Source: Candidatus Caldarchaeum sp. (lineage in GTDB: Archaea; Thermoproteota; Nitrososphaeria_A; Caldarchaeales; Caldarchaeaceae). From it: DNA of 64,000 nt. Positions within the stretch are counted from its first letter, which is position 1, and each line of letters starts with the position of its first letter. A program made the translations under genes and the position numbers. The stretch lies in the NCBI GenBank assembly GCA_038885755.1, contig JAVZZH010000004.1, forward strand, positions 68,430-132,429, read 5' to 3'. Shown here in pieces: positions 55,775-64,000 of the stretch. The notes beneath the pieces are model-generated. The model was not told where the DNA came from. It was given only the letters and a program-made list of their open reading frames with translations, and made no database searches.

Positions 55775-56581
55775 GTGGCTGCTGGGTCGAAAGTTAACGT
55801 CGACGGTGTCGAGACTTTCTACGTCGAGAGAGGTAGTGGGAGAGCGGTGCTGCTCGTCCATGGATGGGCTTCGTCATCGTTCAGCTGGAGGAACAGCCTG
55901 CCAGCTCTCTCGAAAAAATACAGGACGATAGCGGTCGACCTGCCGGGGTTCGGCATGTCGCAACGGCTTCCGACAGGCCTGCACCTAGAGAACATAGCAC
56001 AGCATCTGACGCGTTTTCTGGACATCTTAGGTGTTGAGAAGTTCAGCCTCGTAGGACATTCCATGGGCGGAGTTGTTTCGACGTATGTTGCAGCATCATG
56101 GCCTAGCAGGGTTGAGAAGCTTGTACTGGTCAACCCAAGCCTCTTCGGCTCAGAGGCGGGCCGCAGGCCTATCATGATGGAGGTTGCGAGAAAAAAGCCA
56201 TTCGGAGGGCTTTTGACCCGTTTATTCGTCAGCAGGTTTATCATCAGAAAAGTGTTGAAGAACATCTACGTAAGGAAGGAGTTGGTTGACGACTACTTGG
56301 TCGAGGGGTACTATCAGTCTGTTAAGCGTGCGGGAACCGTTCTACTCGAAGCAGTCAACGTCATGAATGAGTTCAGCCTCGACCTCGTTTCGAGGATAAC
56401 TTGCCCCGTCCTATTCGTTCTCGGAGAGCACGACACCATAGTTCCATTCGAGAAAAGCAGGCAGCTGGCTGAGCAGATAGGCGCAAGAATATACGTCGAC
56501 CCCGGCTCGGGACACAGCGTCCATGAAGAAAACCCGGAAGCCGTCAACAACGTTATATTGGAATTCCTCGAAGACTGTTGA
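55775..56581 (+). CDS. alpha/beta-fold hydrolase
   Basis: HGWASSSF oxyanion region, the nucleophile elbow GHSMGG and a C-terminal GHSVHEE. The start is uncertain: GTG 55775, TTG 55754, or the ORF-track ATG at 55619/55670, which lie upstream of the TATA. Confidence 0.7.
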   Translation: MAAGSKVNVDGVETFYVERGSGRAVLLVHGWASSSFSWRNSLPALSKKYRTIAVDLPGFGMSQRLPTGLHLENIAQHLTRFLDILGVEKFSLVGHSMGGVVSTYVAASWPSRVEKLVLVNPSLFGSEAGRRPIMMEVARKKPFGGLLTRLFVSRFIIRKVLKNIYVRKELVDDYLVEGYYQSVKRAGTVLLEAVNVMNEFSLDLVSRITCPVLFVLGEHDTIVPFEKSRQLAEQIGARIYVDPGSGHSVHEENPEAVNNVILEFLEDC

Positions 56582-56585
56582 CGGA

Positions 56586-56798
56586 ATGGATAGGAGGAGG
56601 CAGGCCGAGAAGCTGCTCGAGGTTCTGATGTCGAGCGTCAACCTTGACAAGGTTCCGCCGCAGCTGGGCTGGTCTGTGTGGAGGATGTTTGTTTCAGGTG
56701 AAATTTACTCGGAGAGCGGTGTAAGGCTTCTGGCACGGGCGTGTAGGCTTTGCGAGCCTGAGAAGACGAGGATCGTTCTGAGGGGTGGTGATGTCTGA
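56586..56798 (+). CDS. small hypothetical protein (70 aa)
   Basis: ATG 5 nt after the hydrolase stop, and its own stop overlaps the next gene. No recognisable motif. Confidence 0.3.
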   Translation: MDRRRQAEKLLEVLMSSVNLDKVPPQLGWSVWRMFVSGEIYSESGVRLLARACRLCEPEKTRIVLRGGDV

Positions 56799-57730
56799 AG
56801 CCGTTCTTCTCGGTCGAGGTTGTGCCTAAAGACCCTGTCTGGAAGCTCTTGATGGCGTCTGTCATGGTCGAGCAGAAGGGGTTTGACGGAGTTTGGGTGA
56901 GCGACCATTACTTCAACAGAAGCAGCTTCATGACGTTGTCTTTGATGGCGATGAACACGAGGAAAGTTCTTCTCGGCCCAGCGGTCGTCAACCCCTACAC
57001 GACGCCTCCGGCTTTAATTGCTCAAAACATTCTCACGCTTAGTGAGGTGGCTGTTGGAAGGGTGAGGCTGGCGATAGGAGCTGGAGACCAGCTGGCCCTC
57101 AAGAAGCTTGGAATAGCGAGGGAGAAACCAGTCGAGAAAGTCGTTCAAGCCGTTGAAGCCGTCAAACAAATCCTCTCAGCGTCATCAAGCACGGTAGCTG
57201 TCTACGTAGGCGCTCAGGGCAAGAGAATGGTTGAAGCGTCCACAAAAGCCGCCGACGGCGTTCTAGTAAACTGGTCCAGCTTGGAGAAGCTGAAAAAAAC
57301 AGCCGAACTGCTGAGGCAGACAGCTTCCAACAGGTTCCGAAAAGCCGCCTACGTCATCACCTCAGTCCACGAAGACGAGCCTAAGGCGAGAAAGACAGCC
57401 ATACCCTACGCAGCCTACCTCATGACGGGAACCAGCGCAAAGCATTTAGAGGAGATGGGGATAGACGAAGATTTCAGAAGACGTGTGGAAAACCTGCTCA
57501 ATTCAGGCAGCTGGGAAGAGCTCTACCGAGCATCCTCAGGTGAATGGGTTGACCAGTTTGCTTTCTGGGGAAGCTCGAGAAAGCTTGAGGAGTTCTCGGC
57601 CGAGGTGCTCGGGATGGGGTACGACGAGGTTGTGTACGCAGGCCCTCTAGGCCCCAGATATCTCCATGCACTGAACCAAGTCTCCTTAATATGCAGGAGG
57701 TTGAGGAGGGAGATGGCTGGAGTTGGCTGA
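56795..57730 (+). CDS. luciferase-like (LLM class) F420-dependent oxidoreductase, Mer-like
   Basis: GFDGVWVSDHY and the TIM-barrel pattern are present. The first conserved strand (KPFFSVEVVPKDP) lies upstream of the ORF-track GTG at 56822, which suggests initiation at CTG 56795. Confidence 0.7.
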   Translation: MKPFFSVEVVPKDPVWKLLMASVMVEQKGFDGVWVSDHYFNRSSFMTLSLMAMNTRKVLLGPAVVNPYTTPPALIAQNILTLSEVAVGRVRLAIGAGDQLALKKLGIAREKPVEKVVQAVEAVKQILSASSSTVAVYVGAQGKRMVEASTKAADGVLVNWSSLEKLKKTAELLRQTASNRFRKAAYVITSVHEDEPKARKTAIPYAAYLMTGTSAKHLEEMGIDEDFRRRVENLLNSGSWEELYRASSGEWVDQFAFWGSSRKLEEFSAEVLGMGYDEVVYAGPLGPRYLHALNQVSLICRRLRREMAGVG

Positions 57731-59225
57731 GCAGAGGCTGCTTTCGAGGCATGAGGCTGAGAAGCTCAATAAGGAGCTCGCCGCTGAGCTGAGGCTCTCG
57801 AAGCTGCCTTCAGACCTTGAGCTGACCTCGCTCGGGAAAGGCAGAGTCGTCAAAAAACCTGTCAAGACCGCCTCCGGCGTCTCCGTCATAACTGTCGTGG
57901 CGCCGATATTCAGCTGCCCGCACGGGAAGTGCGTCTACTGCCCGGGTGGAAGGCCCTACGGAACACCTCAGAGCTACACGGGTGAGGAGGTCGTTGTAAA
58001 GAACGCTGCGGCGATGGGCTATGACCCGTACAGTCAAGTCATGTCAGCTGTTAAAAGGCTGCGGGACATGGGGCATGACGTCGACAAGGTTGAGCTAATC
58101 ATTATCGGCGGCACTTTCACAGCCACATCCATCGTGTTTCAGCGCAGGTTCATCCAGAGATGTCTGGACGCCTTGAACGGAGTTGATTCGAGAAGCTTGG
58201 AGGAGGCGCTCAGGCTGGCTGAGAACTCCCAAATACACGTCTCAGGGATAACGATTGAGACGAAGCCTGACTGGGTGAAGAGCAGCGTGGCGTCGGGTTT
58301 GGTCGAGATGGGCGTGACCCGTGTCGAGGTCGGTGTTCAGGCGCTTGACGACGAGATACTTAGGCTGGTCAACAGAGGGCACAGCCTGGCCGACGTGGTC
58401 GAAGCAACTGCAGACCTGAGAGACTTGTCGTTCAAGATATGCTACCATGTCATGCCCAACCTTCCCGGCTCAAGCCCAGCCAAAGACCTTCAAATGCTGC
58501 TTAACCTCTTCGAGGACGAAAGGTATAGGCCAGACCATCTCAAGATCTATCCGACGCTCGTGCTCCCGAACACCGAGCTGGAGAAGATGTGGAGGAGGGG
58601 GGACTACACCCCCTACCCCGAGGACGAGCTTGTGAAGGTTTTGGCAGAGTTCATGCAGAGGCTTCCGCCCTATGTAAGGATATCTCGGGTTCAGAGGGAG
58701 ATACCCTTGAAGCTTTCTCTCGACGGCTTACGCACGCCTAACTTGAGGCAGGTCGTCGAAGCCAACGGGTTGTGCCGCTGCATACGATGCAGGGAGCATG
58801 CTCGCCGGCTAGACGGTGTGAGGCCTGAAAGGGCTGAGGTGCGGAGGTTTGTGTACAGGGCTTCGGAGGGGCTTGAGTACTTCATATCCGTGGAGGACCC
58901 GGTCTCGGATGCTTTGCTCGGCTACGTTAGGCTGAGGATTCCAAGCAGGATGCTGAGGCCTGAGCTGGAGAACGCTGGCCTAGTCCGTGAGCTCCATGTC
59001 TACGGCTACATGAGACCCGTCGGGTCCGAGCCGGGCGAGGGGACGTCGCAGCACCGGGGGTTTGGACGTCTGTTGATGATGGAGGCGGAGAAGGTTGTTT
59101 TCGAAGAGAAGGGGTTGGACAGGGTCGTGGTGATTAGCGGCGTAGGAGTTAGGAACTACTACCGGAAGCTCGGCTACGTGCTTGACGGGCCCTACATGAG
59201 CAAGCGACGTAGGTGTTCAGAGTGA
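57723..59225 (+). CDS. elp3: Elp3-type radical SAM/GNAT tRNA-modification enzyme
   Basis: CPHGKCVYCPGG cluster motif, a radical SAM core, and a C-terminal GNAT with HRGFGRLLM. 500 aa. Confidence 0.85.
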   Translation: MAEQRLLSRHEAEKLNKELAAELRLSKLPSDLELTSLGKGRVVKKPVKTASGVSVITVVAPIFSCPHGKCVYCPGGRPYGTPQSYTGEEVVVKNAAAMGYDPYSQVMSAVKRLRDMGHDVDKVELIIIGGTFTATSIVFQRRFIQRCLDALNGVDSRSLEEALRLAENSQIHVSGITIETKPDWVKSSVASGLVEMGVTRVEVGVQALDDEILRLVNRGHSLADVVEATADLRDLSFKICYHVMPNLPGSSPAKDLQMLLNLFEDERYRPDHLKIYPTLVLPNTELEKMWRRGDYTPYPEDELVKVLAEFMQRLPPYVRISRVQREIPLKLSLDGLRTPNLRQVVEANGLCRCIRCREHARRLDGVRPERAEVRRFVYRASEGLEYFISVEDPVSDALLGYVRLRIPSRMLRPELENAGLVRELHVYGYMRPVGSEPGEGTSQHRGFGRLLMMEAEKVVFEEKGLDRVVVISGVGVRNYYRKLGYVLDGPYMSKRRRCSE

Positions 59226-60568
59226 CCGTTCTCCAGACACTATCCAGACCCCAAGGCTTCGAGAAAAGAGTTGCCCTAGCATGCTTCCTGACGCTATTGA
59301 TTCTCAGGCTGGCTGTCATCAACACGCCTTCGCCCACAACCCCTGTCGAAAACTGCATAGACGCGCCGGGCGGAGGGTTCCCGACAGAGTGTGGGTTCGT
59401 CTTCGACGAAGCTCACTACGTTCCAGCTGTGCGGAAGCTTTTGAGAGGTGTTTCAACAAACCACGAGCATCCTCCGTTGTCAAAGCTTCTCATCGCAGGC
59501 ACTATGCTGGTCCTCGGCGACAACCCCGTGGGGTGGCGGTTTACGCCCGCCGTCCTCTCTTCGGCTGCAGCTGCTTTCATCCCGCTGATTGCTTGGCAGC
59601 TTACTCGTCGTAGGGACATAACTCTTCTTGCGACGATGATGATAGCGTCGGACGTGATGTTCTTCAACATAGGCTCGATCGCCATGCTCGACGGGCCCGC
59701 GCTCTTTTTCCTGATGGCGGGAACTTGGGTTTTTCTGAAGAACAAGCACTCAGCAGCGGCCCTCTTACTAGGCCTCGGCTTTCTCTGTAAAACAGCCGTA
59801 TTGTTCAACGTTGTCGGCCTTCTAGCCTACTTCCTGCTTCTGGCCTACTCCCGCAGAGGCAGTCTGAGGGCGGCGTTTTACGACTGGTCCCCGGTGTTTG
59901 AGAAGACCGTCTTGATTATGCTCGCCGCGACGATAGCTGGACTAGCCGCATACGACTACGGCTTCAGGGCTTTCAACAACCCCTTCGCCCACCTCGACTT
60001 CATGGTCTCTTACCACAGCCAGCTAAGGTACGAATGTAGAGAGTTTCAGCTTCCTCTCAGATGCACTGTCGTAGACCCCGACGGGAAGAGAACCGTCGTA
60101 GACCTTCCGCTCAGCTGGATAAGCCCGGTATCACCGTTCTCGCCAGCTCCCTACCACCTAGTCACGGTGTCGGCGGGAGACCGTGTCTGGCACCCCATCG
60201 CCTACTGGGGGATATACAGCCCTTCTTGGTGGACGACGGCTCTAGTCCTCGTCATATCTGCGTACACCACTGTACAAAGCAGGTGGAAGAACCAACAGCA
60301 TGCCTTCATCTTCACGTGGATGATTTTCAGCTACGGGCCCTACTTCCTGCTGGCCCACCTCCTAAACCGCTACGTCTACACGTTCTACTTCCTACCCACC
60401 CTGCCCGCCCTAGCCATCGGCCTGCCTCTAGTTCTGTCCGACGACAAATTCTCCAGAGCAGTAGTCGTAGCGGTGGCGGTCATCCAAGCAGCATGGTTCT
60501 TCATATACTTCCCCGTCAAGTCAGACACCCACATCGCCCTCCTCGAGCTGCTCAACCTCCCACGGTAG
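59213..60568 (+). CDS. GT39/PMT-like membrane glycosyltransferase
   Basis: The first loop FDEAHYVPA...EHPPLSKLLIA carries the DE motif of PMT/ArnT-type GT-C enzymes. There are more than 10 TM helices. Confidence 0.6.
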   Translation: MFRVTVLQTLSRPQGFEKRVALACFLTLLILRLAVINTPSPTTPVENCIDAPGGGFPTECGFVFDEAHYVPAVRKLLRGVSTNHEHPPLSKLLIAGTMLVLGDNPVGWRFTPAVLSSAAAAFIPLIAWQLTRRRDITLLATMMIASDVMFFNIGSIAMLDGPALFFLMAGTWVFLKNKHSAAALLLGLGFLCKTAVLFNVVGLLAYFLLLAYSRRGSLRAAFYDWSPVFEKTVLIMLAATIAGLAAYDYGFRAFNNPFAHLDFMVSYHSQLRYECREFQLPLRCTVVDPDGKRTVVDLPLSWISPVSPFSPAPYHLVTVSAGDRVWHPIAYWGIYSPSWWTTALVLVISAYTTVQSRWKNQQHAFIFTWMIFSYGPYFLLAHLLNRYVYTFYFLPTLPALAIGLPLVLSDDKFSRAVVVAVAVIQAAWFFIYFPVKSDTHIALLELLNLPR

Positions 60569-60570
60569 AA

Positions 60571-61293
60571 ATGAACCTCGTAGAAGCTGCTAGGAGAGGG
60601 CTTGCCAACGGCTCGGTCATAGTTATGGCTGGGCCCTGCACCGTCGTCTACGAGGGACGGGGATCCTCTAGGCTGGGCTTAGGCGAGAGGCTTGTGATAA
60701 TAAAACGGGACAGGAGCATTCTCGTCCACAGACCGGTCGGCCACGAGCCAGTTAACTGGCAGCCGCCGGGCTCATCGCTGGAGTTCAGGGTGGAGGAGGG
60801 CCGTCTGGTGGTCAGGGCGAGCAACGGCGATGAATTTTTGAAGATACAGTTCACGGAGGAGCCGTCGCTGGTTGTCTACAACCTGAACGACTCAGCGGAG
60901 TTTGAGATGTACGCCTCGGAGCAGGAGATGAAGAGAGCTGTTTTAGCCGAGCCAAGCCTCATAGAGGAAGGGTTCAAGCCCGTAGAGGATGAAAGGCCTG
61001 TTAAAGACGCCGGCAGGGTTGACGTCCTTGGGCTGGACAGGAACGGCGTGCTCACCGTGGTGGAGCTGAAGAGAAAAACCGCGACAGGCGAAGACGTTAG
61101 ACAGCTGGTCAGCTATCTCAACGACTTGGAGAGAGAGTTTGGAAGGAGGCCCCGGGGGATAATCGCTGCACCCTCAGCCACCAAAACAGCCATGAGGGAG
61201 ATGTCAAGCTCGGGCGTCGAGTTCAAGTGCCTGACGCCCCGGAGATGCATGGAAGTTAACAGAAGGCTTCGAGGCCTCGACTCATACCTTTAG
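60571..61293 (+). CDS. nucS: endonuclease NucS/EndoMS
   Basis: 240 aa. The N-terminal half-barrel domain and the C-terminal RecB-like nuclease (GRVDVLGLD..GVLTVVELKR) are present. The C-terminal LRGLDSYL looks like a PIP box. The ORF-track extension from 60061 is rejected. Confidence 0.8.
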   Translation: MNLVEAARRGLANGSVIVMAGPCTVVYEGRGSSRLGLGERLVIIKRDRSILVHRPVGHEPVNWQPPGSSLEFRVEEGRLVVRASNGDEFLKIQFTEEPSLVVYNLNDSAEFEMYASEQEMKRAVLAEPSLIEEGFKPVEDERPVKDAGRVDVLGLDRNGVLTVVELKRKTATGEDVRQLVSYLNDLEREFGRRPRGIIAAPSATKTAMREMSSSGVEFKCLTPRRCMEVNRRLRGLDSYL

Positions 61294-62516
61294 AAAAGCG
61301 AAACCTCTCTTGCGAGAATCAAGTCGGTAACCCTACGGATTTTTCCAACCTCGTCGAGCGCGATCGCCTCGATGTCTCTGACAAGGCTAAGGTCGAATTT
61401 GTCAACCGGTATAGCTTGGATTGAGACGGTCAGCGGCTGGTTGATCGGCTTGCCTATCTGGCTGAGCAGACGAACGTAGACCTCATTAACTCTACCCGTT
61501 TCCTCGTAGATCCTCTTAGCCGTCAACCCCGCTAGAACGTTGTAGATCTTGCCCACGTGCGATATTGGGTTTTTGCCCGCCGTAGCCTCGAGAGACATCT
61601 GCCTGTTAGGCGTTATGAGGCCGTTGGCTCTGTTGCCCCTGCCCGTGTTTCCGTCGTCGCCATGCTCGGCGGAAGTGCCCGTGAACGTCAAGTAATAGAC
61701 CTCCTCCCCGCCGGCTCCCCCGTATTTGTCGGCCGTGTTGACGAAAACCGTCACATCGTTGTCGGGAGCAAGCTTAGCGGCCAAGTCCTCCACCTCGGAC
61801 TTGATCGCCTGCTTGACGGCTATGTAGTGGTCTCTGTCTTTCGTCAGAGTGCTGACAATTCCGTCTGCGATGGTTATGGTTATTTTCCTCCCTCTCCTCA
61901 GCCCCATGACCTTCACGTCCTCCCCGCTCTCCTTCACCCTCGACTTGAAAGACGGGGAGTTCAGGTGCCTTTCAGTAGTGTAGACAAGCTTCTCCAGAGG
62001 TGTGAACGGGTAGAAAGCAACACCGTAAGAGGTGTCGTTGGCCAGAGGCACGTCGCTGCTGCTCTCCACCACAGCCTTTAGGTCTGGGCTGCTCTCCCTA
62101 ACCCTAACCTCGAGCTGGATGTGTGAATCAAAGTCGAGGAAGCGAAAGTTCCTCTTAATCATAGACCTCACAGCATCCCTGATGATTTCCCGGTAGGGAA
62201 CGTTAACAACCCCGCTGTGTGTCTTGACTGTTGTAGAAGCTCTTCCAGCTATGATGATCGTTATCGGCTCTTCGAGCCTGCCGTAGCCAAAGGTGTTGTA
62301 GGCCCTACCCCCGACGAGAAGACCCTTGTCGACGTTGTGATGCAAAACCCTGCCGAATTCCCTGAGATAATACATGGAAAGCATCAGAGAAGCCTCCTCG
62401 CAAGCGCTGTCTATGATGTAGTCAGGATGCCCGAGACCCTTCCGCTCAACCAGTTCGATCTCCTGCTTTTCAACGGGGGTTCGGTCTAGAGGCTCAACCG
62501 CTACGAACGAAGACAA
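61290..62516 (-). CDS. mat: archaeal-type S-adenosylmethionine synthetase
   Basis: 408 aa. [14 protein letters not shown] near the N-terminus is typical of archaeal MAT. Confidence 0.85.
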   Translation of the reverse strand: MSSFVAVEPLDRTPVEKQEIELVERKGLGHPDYIIDSACEEASLMLSMYYLREFGRVLHHNVDKGLLVGGRAYNTFGYGRLEEPITIIIAGRASTTVKTHSGVVNVPYREIIRDAVRSMIKRNFRFLDFDSHIQLEVRVRESSPDLKAVVESSSDVPLANDTSYGVAFYPFTPLEKLVYTTERHLNSPSFKSRVKESGEDVKVMGLRRGRKITITIADGIVSTLTKDRDHYIAVKQAIKSEVEDLAAKLAPDNDVTVFVNTADKYGGAGGEEVYYLTFTGTSAEHGDDGNTGRGNRANGLITPNRQMSLEATAGKNPISHVGKIYNVLAGLTAKRIYEETGRVNEVYVRLLSQIGKPINQPLTVSIQAIPVDKFDLSLVRDIEAIALDEVGKIRRVTDLILAREVSLF

Positions 62517-62591
62517 TCACCGTTCACCAACCCATCGGGGCGTTTGCTGAAATATTAACTTCTCATGCGGATAACCATGAGAAGAGTGTGT

Positions 62592-62816
62592 TTACTCGAG
62601 CACCAAATACATGATGTTGTTGCCTCTAATCAGCACTTTAGGATACCCCGCAGTCTTGCTATCTCCCTGGTACTCGACGGCGTGCTCCAGAAGAAGGTTC
62701 ATGTAGGTGTCGCACTCAACCATCAATCCTTCGTACCTCAGGTCGTTCTTCAAATAAACCTTTACAGGCCTGTTGATGCTCCGCATGATTGTTGTGAGGG
62801 GGCGTGTCGACTCCAT
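62592..62816 (-). CDS. Sm-like archaeal protein (SmAP/LSm)
   Basis: Sm1 (VKVYLKNDLRYEGLMVECDTYMNLLL) and Sm2 (VLIRGNNIMYL) motifs. The start is taken at the ATG at 62816. Confidence 0.8.
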   Translation of the reverse strand: MESTRPLTTIMRSINRPVKVYLKNDLRYEGLMVECDTYMNLLLEHAVEYQGDSKTAGYPKVLIRGNNIMYLVLE

Positions 62817-62851
62817 CGTCCTAACACCTAGAGACACACATGCCCGGCGCC

Positions 62852-63520
62852 CTAGGACTGAGCAATCCGTAGCTCGCTGAAACACACGGTGCAGACAACA
62901 TGCTCACCTATCTTCATAGACTCGTCAACCGGTGCTCCGCAGACGGGACAAGGCAGGGCCTTCGGGTCCGGCTTGTAAAGCTCGGCCCCGCACTGGCCGC
63001 ACACCTTGGCGCCCAAAACGTTCAAAGCCCCGCATGTCTTGCAGACCTCGTCAACACCCCTCGTCACCACCGTCACCCTTTCAGCCGGGGGCTTTGGCTT
63101 GGCCTCCTCAACCTGAACCTGCGCCGCAGTGTTTTGCTTCTGAACGCGTCGAGGCTCAACGGTCTTGACCTCTATGGCTGGCTTATCGTCTGCAAGCATG
63201 GCCTCGAGCTCTCTCTCGACAACTCCCAGCTCGGACGGTGGAGGAGTCCTTCGAAGGGTTCTACGGGGGGCTGGAGCGGGTCTTGAGTATTCTGGTGGGG
63301 CCCTCATCCCCTTGATGAACAACAGCAGGCCGACTGAGCTCACCACGCCGCCGGCAGCGGTTATGACTACTCCGAGAGGTAGGCCGGGAGCCAGCGGAGT
63401 GTCGTAGAGTTTTTGAACAGGAGAGTCCGACCCGCCCGTTGCGAAAAGAAGCACCACGGGGAGAAGCACGACGGCGACGCCCACGGCGGCAAAGGCTAGG
63501 CCTATCTTGGTTTTCGCCAT
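62852..63520 (-). CDS. membrane protein with cytoplasmic double zinc ribbon
   Basis: Two N-terminal TM helices. The C-terminus has CKTCG..CGQCG and CPVCG..CTVC. Confidence 0.5.
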   Translation of the reverse strand: MAKTKIGLAFAAVGVAVVLLPVVLLFATGGSDSPVQKLYDTPLAPGLPLGVVITAAGGVVSSVGLLLFIKGMRAPPEYSRPAPAPRRTLRRTPPPSELGVVERELEAMLADDKPAIEVKTVEPRRVQKQNTAAQVQVEEAKPKPPAERVTVVTRGVDEVCKTCGALNVLGAKVCGQCGAELYKPDPKALPCPVCGAPVDESMKIGEHVVCTVCFSELRIAQS

Positions 63521-63541
63521 TTCGTAAAGACGCCAAACCAG

Positions 63542-64000
63542 CTAGTTATAAGTCTTACCGCCTTCCTGCCTGAAGCCTATCCTCACCATAACGCCGTCGA
63601 CATCCCATTCCCGCACAAAGTATCCAGCTGGAATGGCTGTGTCTAGGCCTGTGAACGTTGTTCTGGACCGCGTCTCCTCCTCGACGAAAGCCTGCATACG
63701 CCGGAGGCTGCGGAGAAATTCTTCGTCATCCGACTGAACCACGCACTCTATTCTGCTTAGAATGTCTAGGTCGGCCTCTTTCCTCATAACCTGAATCCTT
63801 CTGATGACCTCCTTCGCGGCAGACAAAGCCTCCAACCCCTCAGACACCGAGAGGTCTACGTAAACCTCCGCCGCCTCGTTCTCGGCGGCCGAGTAATTCT
63901 CAGGCAGAATCTTCCTGAAGCGGAATAGGCTCTTGGGAAGGAAGTACTCCTCGCCCGAGAGGTTTATCCTCAGACCTCCCTCCAGATCCATGAGGGTCTT
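63542..64000 (-). CDS. ileS: C-terminal part of a class I aminoacyl-tRNA synthetase, most likely isoleucyl-tRNA synthetase (partial, continues past window end)
   Basis: The frame is open to position 64000. EVIRRIQVMRKEADLDILSRIE resembles the IleRS C-terminal domain. Confidence 0.5.
   Translation of the reverse strand, partial: KTLMDLEGGLRINLSGEEYFLPKSLFRFRKILPENYSAAENEAAEVYVDLSVSEGLEALSAAKEVIRRIQVMRKEADLDILSRIECVVQSDDEEFLRSLRRMQAFVEEETRSRTTFTGLDTAIPAGYFVREWDVDGVMVRIGFRQEGGKTYN

Noticed and set aside
56789-56798. Treating the LLM oxidoreductase as a frameshifted pseudogene (out-of-frame ATG at 56791).
   Set aside because: The rest of the gene is intact, and a CTG in a CTGA coupling overlap gives a full-length product. 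A 1-nt sequencing error cannot be excluded, so it is reported as a finding rather than as a pseudogene.
60061-60570. A 170-codon N-terminal extension of the NucS ORF in the track (the 410-aa ORF).
   Set aside because: The extension overlaps the GT39 gene in another frame and is Arg/Pro-rich nonsense. NucS homology starts exactly at the ATG at 60571, 2 nt after the GT39 stop.
1-64000. CRISPR arrays, tandem or interspersed repeats, IS elements, toxin-antitoxin or known defence systems.
   Set aside because: None were seen by eye on either strand. A repeat finder would be needed to exclude short dispersed repeats.

Overview
This is a dense core-chromosome segment of an archaeon at about 57% GC. 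TFB, aSUI1, PCNA, Top6A, Cgi121, archaeal-type SAM synthetase, an Sm-like protein, a non-canonical tRNA intron and mostly leaderless genes point to a Thermoproteota/TACK-type lineage. The exact taxon cannot be determined by eye. I can support about 68 CDS and 3 tRNAs: Asp-GUC, Gly-GCC with a 30-nt non-canonical intron, and Pro-UGG. I also call a few TATA-like promoters and one oligo-T terminator. I saw no rRNA, CRISPR, transposase, integrase or prophage signal.

Gene content falls into these groups:
- Information processing: TFB, aSUI1, PCNA, Top6A, NucS/EndoMS, TyrRS, CysRS, the IleRS 3' end, Elp3, TsaC/Sua5, Cgi121, SmAP and a beta-CASP RNase.
- Central metabolism: class II RNR, PPDK, SAM synthetase, and a molybdo-hydroxylase cluster with two large subunits.
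- Amino-acid metabolism: LeuB-family dehydrogenase, ThrB, IlvE, aspartate kinase and a class V aminotransferase.
- Cofactor genes: F420 (cofC, cofD, a nitroreductase, an LLM oxidoreductase) and methanopterin (beta-RFAP synthase, DUF447).
- Deoxyhypusine synthase.

The best candidates for undescribed biology, all inferential, are:
1. A 167-aa four-HEAT-repeat protein (29206..29709) looks like exactly one half of eukaryotic deoxyhypusine hydroxylase. It is a candidate for the missing archaeal DOHH, and DHS lies 7 kb away.
2. A leaderless top6A / SbcD-Mre11-related phosphoesterase / SWIM operon lacks top6B.
3. A nitroreductase-cofD-cofC operon sits divergent from a truncated LarA-like gene.
4. 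An orphan lipoyl E2 acyltransferase is translationally coupled to methanopterin-biosynthesis genes.
5. A MoaD/Urm1-like protein carries a tail after its Gly-Gly and overlaps cgi121.

All functional calls come from reading motifs by eye. No database search was run.
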